A DNA stretch of 64,000 nucleotides, from the NCBI GenBank assembly GCA_951804945.1, contig OX638149.1, positions 37,014,001-37,078,000 of the forward strand, read 5' to 3'. The position numbers and the translations under genes are program-made. This document shows, in pieces, positions 25,901 through 37,234 of this stretch. The DNA is from Podarcis cretensis (lineage: Eukaryota). The notes beneath the pieces were generated by a model that did no database searches, was not told the origin of the DNA, and was given only the letters and a program-made list of their open reading frames with translations. The stretch's first letter is position 1. The number at the start of each line of letters is the position of its first letter.

Positions 25901-28900
25901 ACTGGGTGGCCTATGGTAATCTCTATTTTAGTCTAATCTCCCTCACAGTGCTGTGAAGATAAATAGGGTGAGGGAGATGATATATGGTGAGGGAGATGAC
26001 AAGGTGCACTATCTTGAACATCTTTGAGGAAAGCGGGTGGTATAAATGAACTAAGTAAACCATTTCTTTTGCACATCACAGTAACCCACAGTTTAGTGCT
26101 ACATGCACAAGCTGCAGTGAGCCTTGAACTCCTCTCATGTGGCTGACAGGAGAAGTTTGAAAGCTTATGCATCTGCTTTTACGTGGTTTCCTGTTTTGCC
26201 CAGTCTAGCAACTGTGATTTATTCTAGTTATGGTGAGCTTCAACAAGCTAGATTTAAAACAGTGGTTTGAAGTTGTCTTGCTTGAAATTAGCCTTCATCA
26301 CAGTTTGTTGCACCAGACAACACAGCAGTTAAAGGAAAGTAAAAACAATAGCTTATGAACGCCTTCTAAGTGGGGAGAGGAGTGTGTCTGGTTCCCCATT
26401 CTCATGTACATCGTGCCAATCCACCGGTGGGGAACCAAACAACTGATTAGATGAAGAAAAATTTGAGTGTTTGAGGGGTTAATAATATGGAGGCATCAGT
26501 AGTAAAAAGGGTTCTCTACTACAATCACAAACCTGTGTTTTCAGATAGTGTGTCTCCTTATCAGCACTAAAACAATTCCTTGCAGATTTTAACTTCATAT
26601 ACATAGCTGTAGAATAATAGCACAATTTAATCTCCTTCCATATTTATTATTTTATTTGTATACTGCCCATCATCTGACCTTCACATAGTAGTTCACAACC
26701 CAAAATACATAACACAAACAAACAAAAATAAACTAAGAAGCCCCTTTCTACAAACACATGTAATGGATTAAGTACATTTAATGCATTGCTCTTTATTTTA
26801 GACAAAATGATATTTGTATTCAGAAGTACACCAAATGGCAATCTTGGGGGAGAACCTAAAAAACATGGTTTCTCAAAGTGTATTGTCCCTAAAACTGATT
26901 ATGTCACAATCTATTTTAGATTGGAAATGAAGGGCTAGCAGCTGACCTAACAGATGATCCAGACACAGAAGAAGCCTTGAAAGAGTTTGATTTCTTGGTA
27001 ACTGCAGAAGATGGAGAGGGAGCTGGAGAGGCAAGGAGTTCAGGAGATGGGACAGAATGGGGTAAGAAGTGTAAAGAAACAATCACATAAAACTTAAAGA
27101 TAATTCTCTGTGTGCCCACACATATGCATCAAAACCAAAAACTGAATTATTTGTGGTATTCAGATGCTATAAAAAAGGAAAGGGGGAAAAAGAATGAATG
27201 GTAGATTTCATACTCTTTAATTACAAAAGTCTAAATGTATTCAGATTTAAGTATGACATCTGTTTCTCCTTGTATTCCATTTCCCTGTGTGCTCTTATTT
27301 CTTAGAATTTTAGCCTAAGTTTGGTGGTCAACCTTTTATTTCTTATCCTATATCTTCTATTCTTTCCTTGCTTAAGCAGATAATAAAGTTTCCAATCATT
27401 TGGGTGGTTTTTTAAATAAGTAATTTGTTTTGTTTTTATTTGTTTAAGATAAACTAATACTTGAAGCAGATGGTGCATTTACTGTTGGCAAGACCGGCAG
27501 CTTAGTATTCTAAATTGGTTATCTTTTCCCAGAATATATAATGAACTTTAAAATAATGCAATAATATAAATAGTAAAAAAAGCATACTTACCTGGAAGTT
27601 CCATTGAAATCAATGGGACTTACTTTCAAGCAAGATAGCTAGGATCAAGGTGCCTGTAGTTATAAACAAAGTATCAGAAGTGAGATCACTATAGATGTAT
27701 TGTGTAATATAAAGTAAGCTATTTGTTGCAAAGATAGCACTTATTTATGTGCTTTTATTCCCTAATTTGCAAATAGTAAAATTTATTTCCTGAATTCAAT
27801 TCGCTTGCCCCAATTCAGAGAACTCCACATATAATAAAAGGCTACAAAAGTGTCTGTTGTGACTGCTTATATGGAAGTGTAGAGCTGAAAGCCTTTATAA
27901 TCTGTTAACAATGTAGGCTAGTGCTGCTCAAAACACCCAGGGTGTTAAATGTAAGGGTCTTTACCCACTTCCTAATGTCCTAGAAATTGAGTAGATGAGC
28001 ATGCTAAAGTGTTTCTGTACTTTGATTAATTTATCTGGATTTGTGTGGCAAACTTGGCTTTATAACATAAAACTTTTCTTTTTGAACTAGCAGTATTAGT
28101 TTTTGTATTGAGCTGTAGCACTTCAATCAAGAGTTCAGAATGCTGAAATAGAAAGATCAAACACTAATTTAATCCACCATTTATTTAAAAAAATTAGGCC
28201 ACTGTTTAGGTGTTTATCTAAAAGTCATGGAACAAGTCTTATGCCAAGATGCTTGGCCGACTCCAGACTTTATGCTGGCGGAAGCATCCCGCTGGGATTG
28301 TAAACTGCAGAGCCATACTTATTTAGGTGTCAAAAAGTATTGATCCAGTTCAGTCTGCTTGATATTTCGTAATGCCATATCTTCACGATTCCTGTATCTT
28401 TTAGATTTCCCCATCACTGATAGGCAACTGTTCCCATTTTTGAGCAATACGGTCTTAATCAGCTCTTCCCAGCTGTGTAATGGTTTTCATTCCGGCCCTT
28501 GGCTGAGAACTTCAGAATGGGAAACCTAGAGGAGGCAGACGCTGAAAAGCTCAGCAGTCCCAGCCATGCCCTTCCTGCAGTCAACAGAGTTTGGTGCAAG
28601 GGGTGCTCCTGTCAGCAGGTGGGAGGTTCTCTGCTTTGTCTGCAGCTCCTTGTGCCACTTCTGACACTGCTCCAGAGGCTTGGGGGACCCTCCAGAGCTG
28701 TGTAGGAAGGTGGCACTGGGGGCTGCAGAGGTTGGGAGAAATCAGCAGAGTCCGGCAGGCAAACAAGCAGCTTTTCCCCATTGTATCAAAAGCAGTCTAT
28801 GGGCATAAGGAGCCTTTCCGTGTATGAAAGGTGAAGCTTGGCTCCAACTATTAGCAATACCATTTGAAATGCAAAGATAAAATTTCCTGTTGGGTTTGCT

Positions 28901-31900
28901 GCTTTTTCTTTTAAGTGGGATTTATGCCACATCTGTTACTTGTGCCTGTTTCGGCATTTATATTGCGATTTAGTTATTTTTGATAATGAGGGTTCAAGTA
29001 CCACTTGGGCAACAATCTACCTTTTCTCCTAGTATTGTCTGTTTTTCACCCCTCCACTGGGTGATTAACCATACTTCTGCTCAGTAAAATTCTCCTGGTG
29101 GATGAAGGGAGCTAGTCACAACTGGGTTAATATTTCCAACTGGCCTAGATAGGAAGCTTTTCAAGTAATTTGCTTGTACTCCTCATCTCTTCTAGGCTTC
29201 AGTTTAGTTTCCTATCTGACTCGGGGCAGAAGCTGATTTTTCTCATTTTGCCCACCCAGAAATAATTTAAACTACATCCCCCCTATTTTTCACAGCTCCT
29301 CTGTTTTTAGCTCCTTTATTTTTCCAGCTCCTTCTTTAAGAAAGTTTTTCCCTTGAGGCTTGGCTTCACCTCCCACTGCATGCCTCCCCATCTGTTGTTA
29401 TTCTTCGGACTCTTGTTTGGATACTTGTTTGGAGGGAACAAAGATTGGCCCTGTTTTAGAGTTTTTTATAGTGCCTGGATCCCCCAAACCACCTATTCTT
29501 GTTGTAAAGATTGTATTCAGTAGTTTTCTAAAGCATCTTTCAAGGTTGGGACAAAAAATGAAAGTTAGGTCTCCTGCAAGAGAGGAGGAGCAGCACATGC
29601 AAATTACTTGAAGAGTTTCCTAACCAGCTTTATTGGAGGCATTTGTCCAGTGGTGACTGGCTCTCTTCATCTTCCCAAGAAGTGACCTTCATGACAAACA
29701 GAATTCGTAATGAAGAAAATGGATAGTTGATTTTCACAGATTTCTCCTTCCCCATGCAATCCCCTGAAAAGGTGTTGCTGGGAGCTGCAGGGGGAATCCA
29801 TTCTATCCCCCTTTTTCCTGTGGGGAGCCTCTGCTGAATCCCACGCCCGTCTACCATATCTCAGGAGAGGCTTTTTTGGAAACTGGGGGGAACAAAGGTC
29901 TCCTACTGCCAGACCCTTTATGTAAGAGCTTCTTAAGATAAAAGCCATTGAATGTGTTGCCACTTCAGATTGTTTTCTTGATGCCCACATAAATCCGCCC
30001 ATAGGGAGTTACCGTAATCCTTTATTTTTTAAAAATTGAGCAAAATCTAATGAAATTGACTCTTTCCTAATTCATGTTGGGTGAGAAGAACTCGAATTAA
30101 GTACAGCTGCTTCTTCATCACTAGAACATAGGCTTTACAAATCAGATAAATTTGATCAGTTAACTAGAGTTGTATCATTATTAATATAAAAGCATAGGAA
30201 TCTGTCAGACCAATGGTCCATCTAGCACAGTTTTGTCTATAGTTAATGTCAGCAGCTCTTTGGGGTTTCAGACAGGAAGTACTTTCCAGCTTGTCTGGCA
30301 GGTGCTGGGGACTGAATCTGTGACCCTCTGCGTGTGACGCAGATGTTCTGCCACTGAGCTGTGACCCTTTCCCATTCCTTTGGTAGTACTTAGTGTACTC
30401 AGCACCAGAAACAGTTTAGTCATGCTGGCCACATGACCTGGAAAACTATCTGCAGACAAATGCTGGCTCTCTCTGCCTGAAAGTGGAGATGAGCGCTGTA
30501 GCCCATAGTCAAATTTGACAGGACTTAACCGTCTAGGGGTCCTTTACCTTTATGTTTACCTACCTATTCAGTGTAAGGAACAAAGGGGAGAGAGAAGTGA
30601 AGAAACTCGTTTCAGCATCCACCCTGTGCATTTCACGTTGCTGTCTTGGTGAAGTCCTAGCACCTTTCCCCAATAATTTTGTGGCAGCAAGAAAAGTCTT
30701 GGATATTGCAAAAGGATTCATTCCATTCGGTTAGCATATGATCTCAGTCCATGCTTGCTCCCTTGTCTGCCAACAGGTATTGGTTGTTGTAATAGACTTT
30801 ATTCAGCAGATACTTGAATAGTATGTTTGCCACCAATTGGAATTGCTTCTTGGGGATCCATTCCTTAGGTGTTTCTAGTAGCAGCTTTTGTGTTCTTTTA
30901 ATGCAATTTTATCCCATGCTCAGGCAACTATAAAAATGCAGTCTTCCTTCAGTGAACCATGTTTAAGCCCAGTGTGTAAGCATCATTCCTATGGTCACGT
31001 GGGGATCATCATAATTTAATTTAATGGTTGATTTCTAGTAGAGAGGAAGCAACATTAAAGTGTCCTTCTGAACACCTATTATTAAATATAGCATTTAAAT
31101 TGATTCTCCACCTGATCCTAAATAACTTACTCACTTGAAGCAGAAATAATATCATAACATTTGGTTAAAACTTTTGAGAGTATTCAGATCACACTTGTTT
31201 TGATGAAATCAGGTGTGGACCCCTCTACTTTTACATCACCAGCTATCTGCTCCTTCATAAGTAGCTGGATATAGTGCCAAATGATGGTGGATAGTGGCTC
31301 TTTTTTGTTTGTTTGAACCCAGCCAGGTTCTATCTTGCAGAATCTCCTAGTTCCCAAGTCAACTTCTTCTCACAGTAAGATAGAGAAGAAAGTGCACACT
31401 TATTCCTAAGCTTATAATGTGTATTATCCTGGAAGTGGGAACTATCTTGTAAACAGGAATAGAGACTGAATAAAACAAAGAAGTACTTCATTGTTTAGGA
31501 AAGAAATCGGGTATTTATGCTTGCTACACTATATTAATAGGAATGCTGGCTGGGAACTTCTAAGTTGCAACCTAATCCTTTATATACTTAGAAAGGAGCA
31601 GGAGTAAGGCAGTGAGGAGGAGCACAGCTGCACACCTGGCTTTCCAGCAGCAGAGAGCTTGGAGCTGTTTAGTTGCAGTAGGGCTGCAGTGCCTCTAGAC
31701 TCCACTGATCTGCCCACTTTGCATTGACTTCACTTGCCTCTTTGAGGAGACGAGCTGTGTGGTGCCACCACTCCTCACTGAGTGCTCCTGGAAGTAAGTA
31801 CTGTTGAGTTCAATAGGGATTAGTTCCAAGTAAGTAGAGCACAAGCATTAATCTTACAAAAATCCACCTTGGATCATGATTTACTAGTTCATTAAAATAT

Positions 31901-34900
31901 TTATGTTTCATATGCTCAGAACACATCTATTGACCTTGCTGTAGAGTGGAAGTGAGCTCTCTTTCCTTACAAGCTTTGTCAACTAAGTGTGCCTGTGCTA
32001 ATTCCTTTAAGATAACACCATACCCAAACTTATTTCATACAGACTCAGTGTCTTCAGTGGAAGTTCTGTGCAATGTGTTTTATAATATGGGTATAAATGC
32101 TTTAATGTTCATTACTTAAATTATAAATGTAGACAAGCCTATTCTTCCATCACTTTATTTTTTCCAGAATTTGTCGTGACTGCTTGAGTTACAGCATACA
32201 TAGAACTCGTGCACTTTTTTAATTAAAAAAAGGAAAAAGGAAACACTAGGAATTTTGTTAATGTTTTTAATAACCTGAAACAAAAAAACCCCTTCCCTTT
32301 ATGATGATTTAGATGTGTTTTAGCACTACTAGATCTTATTGCATGTAGAGCAAGACCGGAGGAGAAATGCATGGTAGTTTTCATGAACAAAATGGTGCTG
32401 ACACTTAATTCAGTTGCACATTCATGAGTTGTATTGCATGGAAAATATTGATTTGCTTATTTAAGTCTGGCTGAATAATTTGTTAATATTGTCTTACTAA
32501 AGATGCAGTATTTTCATACATTAGTGTTAATCCATTAATTTTTTCATATCAGTGAATGCAAAGAAGTTTTTCTTCTTTACTGTTGACAAATTATTATAAT
32601 GTGTGGGGAATATTTCTTTTTACCAAAAGGGAAGCATTTTGCAAAACAGTAACAAACTGCACCTTTATAATACTGAAATGTAACTGAATAACATTTTGTA
32701 TTGATGATTAACCTATAACACTCACAGACAGCTTGCATTGCCAACTGCTGATTATTTTTGTTTCAATAATATGCTGCATGTAGACAAAGATGACCTGTCC
32801 CCAACTGCTGAGGTTTGGGATGTAGACCAGGGACTAATAAGTAAACTGAAGGAACAGTACAAGAAGGAACGAAAGGGGAAGAAAGGGGTAAAGAGTAAGT
32901 GCAGATTCTGAATTTTGACAGGTTTTTTTTAATGTATTCTGTTTTTACTGCTCCATTTTAACACTTTGCTATTTGGGGGCAACCAACTTTAACTTTCCAA
33001 CATAAATATGCAAATCAGAACTACATCTCAAATGAAATTTAAATATGCTAACCTGGTGAAGGGAGCAGGAGGTGGACCAGTTGCTTCAGCATTGCTTAGG
33101 AACAATTTGGAAAGAAAATGAGAACTTGAAACCTGAGACAAATTAATAGTGTTGTGTCTTCCTTTGTCTGTTTGCCAAAGTTAGTAGAGTTGTTTTTTTT
33201 AAAGGACTTTGAGGAAGCAAGAGAGTTTTCTGTCTGTGAAAGGTATTTCTAACAACAGTCTGCAGATTTTGGCTTGGCTTACTAATTATGGACTAGTACT
33301 AGGACTTGGGAGGAGCCATATATCATTGCACTTCACACTGCTACTGCTAAAATATCACATGAAGTGAAGTGGGAATCAAACTGCCCCCAAAATCCTCATG
33401 CTTGCAGAGGGTTTGGAGGGACATTATCTTTTCTACCAGTTTGTGCTGACTTTGAAGAATGAAAGTAGCAAAAGGGGCTGAGCTTTGTCTGTGGCTTTGT
33501 CAACAGCACGAAGAGTCTCGTGCTGCTTCTGCAAAAGCCACCCAGAAGTAATAGTTTTATCCTTTCTCTGCTGATCATGGAGAACTCTGGGAAAAGGATA
33601 GTTGTCGGTGCAGAAGGAGCTGCTCCTATTGACGATCAAGCAAGTCTGTATGAGTAGCCCTGGCAGCTAATTTTGTAGCTTAATTTTCACCATGCTGAGT
33701 GTGGGGCTGATAAATTCAGCATCTTCTTCCCTCAAACACTACTGGGATGACAAGAGTCTGCATCAGTCTTTCGTTTTTTAATCTGAGAATCTCAGTGATT
33801 CTCAAACTCGGCAGTGGTGGAACACACAGTATGAACTTGAAATGGGGAAAGGATCCTGCAGCATAGATAGAGACACTTTCCTCCCATGAGCAAATATTTA
33901 GCACTGTAATCACCAAACCTGCTGTGATAACCATAGAAGCGGCAGAAAGTCAAGGAACAGATCGGAGCTTCTAGCCACATCAACTGCTATCGCCCTGCCA
34001 ACTAGTTTGAGATGTCCTATTCTAGTTCTCATCTTAGGCAGTGTTGGATTAGTTCACTAGTCCACAGATTCTTAAACACATCAGTTTCCAAGAATTCTGT
34101 TCATTCATATTCTGCAGCAATAGTTTGGAGGACTTGGAACATAGCCAGGGTTTTTAAGCTGGGGTTTGAGAAACACTGCCTAGCCAAATAAACTTTGGTC
34201 AAGATAGAAAGTAGACTTAAGGCAGAAGAAGCAGAAATGTAAAATATATACAGGGGGCAAATCCAACACTGTATGAACAGACTTCCTCTCCCCCTGCCCC
34301 CAAATCTGCTTCAGAATGTTCACTAAACTTCTAAAACAAATTTTGAGGGTGCATGGAGGTCTGTAGGGGGAGAGAGAGAAAGGTGAAAGCAAATATCTGT
34401 TTTGCTCACACACAAACAGCATTAGATATAAACATCAGTCTGTAGATTTGACATTGTTGCCCAATTATAATTGTGTACTCAGAAGTTAAACCCATCAGTG
34501 AGATTTTCTTCCACAAATGCATGCATAGGAATGCTATTATCAAAGCGTATCTTTTGTACTCTTGTAGCAAAATATTGATGCTAGATTGGCTTTGTATGCA
34601 AACATTTAACACTATAAATAGATTTGTGCATGCATTTTTTCATTTTTTAAAAATAGTGTTGCATGTTCCTTGCATTATATGGTTAATCCAATACTAAATA
34701 CTTTATTCTGAATGGGTCTCTCTTGCCTCCTCAGGAAATGCCCCATGCCCATTATATAACTCCATCCTGTGCTGACAAATACAGAGACGTCTGTTGTAAA
34801 GTTATTATGGAGCTGCAATATATGTTTGGAGACAGACTCTGCTTCCACATCAAACTATTTTGCAGCATATATATTTAAAGTATATAGGATAAAATGTTGG

Positions 34901-37199
34901 ACTAATGAACTGTTTTTGCAGTAAGGTGTCTATTTCCTCACAAATAGTAATGAAATGGTGTACATGTTGCAAATCTACAGAAAACCAAAAAATGTAGAGA
35001 GGTTCTACAAGAGTTTAGAAATCAGAACAGCTGGATATTACGGGCACAGCTGTTTTCATTGGTTCTAGGGAATCAGTGTCCTCTGCTTGTAATATTCCCA
35101 GGTGATGCAGCTACTAAAATAACTTCAGGCTTTTCAACAGAAAAAAAAATCAACAGGATGCATCTGATTTATTAAAGAAAAATGTCTTTATATAAAAATG
35201 CATATCCCTCCTTTCCCAACAGAACCAAGGCAGCCAAAAACCACAAAGAATGCAACTGTACTAGAACAGTAATACAAAAATGGTTCATCACATTCTGATT
35301 TGATCACTACATAACAAATAGTTGGAACTTCCAGTGACTGCCTCTGAAAATGTTAATAGGTAGAAGATAGCATGATGATATGTCAGTTCTATATTGATTT
35401 CAATGTGACAAGTACAGAGTTTGCTCTTGAGTTTCACCAATTGGGTAGCCTGACTTGTAAAATATGTTCATTCACACTCCTATTCTTGGTAGTGCTGTTC
35501 ACAGTACACTCTTGTAATTCAGAGAACATTCAGGTGTACCACATTTCCCAAGTAAAGATGACACAGGGCTTCAGGTCTCATTTAAGAATCATAGCAGTTA
35601 TGGAGTTCCTGTCACGGAACACAGTAATCTCTGTTTCTACCCATATCCCACATCATCTCTTTGTTCAGACAGAATCACTGGGCAAAGTGAGACCCACTTC
35701 AAATCCTTAGAAACTAGCATTTAGGGTATGATTGAGCACCCCCTGTTCTATCCTTTCCCTGTTTTGCCAGCATTCTTGCATTCTTTCTCTTGAGACAGTT
35801 GGCAACTGCCATAAGACTAGGCTGTGTGTTCTATTTACAATACAGACTTATGATTACTCAAGGTCCTGGTTTTAAAATGATTAGCACTTTAGTGTTTATA
35901 GCCTGCGGGATATCACTCTGCAGCTCTCCTCTGGCTCATCTCACTGTTCAGATATGCTTGCAGGTGTCTCTCAACTCCTTGTCCCAAGAGCAACTGTGTC
36001 CTTCCAAGTTCGTACTGTCCATCATTTTTTCTCAGTATAGAAGTGGAAAAATCATATCTTGTATAGTTTCAGAAAAGTGCAGAGATGATAAAAGTTTCAA
36101 TATTAGATAAAAGCATTAAAAGCTTGGTGAGGGTGACCCGTGTTCTTTCTAAATGAAAGGGCTGTTCATAATTTTGGAATAGTAACTAAAAGCTGATTTG
36201 TCTTTTGTCACTTAAACATACTGACAGTGGGAGGAGGACACGGGGTAAAAGTGAAAAACTAGTGCAAAGAGGGACCACAAAATAGAAGTGAGTAGTGGTG
36301 TCATCAGAAATGGGGTTGGGAAGGTGAAAAGTGAATTTAGCAGTTGCATGGAGTGGGAAGGGGAATGTAGTGAGTTAATGTGGGGGGAATGTAATGGGTT
36401 TTGGCAACCCTAGTATATACATATATAGCACTTTTTAGAGTGTCAGTAAAAAATGGCACGGTCTTTTATTTCGCTTTGTGTAGAATAACTCCATCTTTTG
36501 TAATCTAAGGACATTGTGTTTTATTTAGTGGTAAAACTTGGATGAGTAGGGATCTTGAAGTGAAAAGAGTAGTTTTAGAATTTATTGAGAAATTTATTTA
36601 TTGTAATGAAGGACTTGTGGTTACCTGGCTAAGAAGAAGAACTGGTAGTTCTGTCGGCCAAAACAGACTGAGGAGACTCCACCTCCTATCTCTCTGACTT
36701 TAAATTTATGATTATGGTTTATTATTTATGAAAATTTCTTTGGAGATTCTGCACTCATTTTAGTTTAAAGCACTTTATAGGCCAGAGTATTAATTTGAAG
36801 CCAAGTTTCCAGATACAAGAATTATTTTATACTACTAAAATTTCTTACAACTGTGGTAGATGAATATTTTTAAATTGCCCAATTACCTATTTAAAAACAC
36901 AAAAGGGGAAAGTTAACAGTTTGTTGCCTCCCAGCCACCTATTCACCTTTACTTTTGTCCCTTCTTTTGGTAAAGTTTGTTCTTTCTTGGTGATGCTAGT
37001 TTTTAATATAAATACTGGATTTTTTTTGTCAATATATAATTAATATGCATTTGTTCAAGGATTACATTCTTAGGGAATTCAAACATTCAAGCTTCTCTTT
37101 TATCTTAAGCACCGCAAATAGCAATTACACAAAGAACAAGTTGGAATCCCTTTTTTAAAAAAGAGATCTTAATTCATTTTCCAACACAACATCATGTAA

Positions 37200-37234
<35 letters not shown>

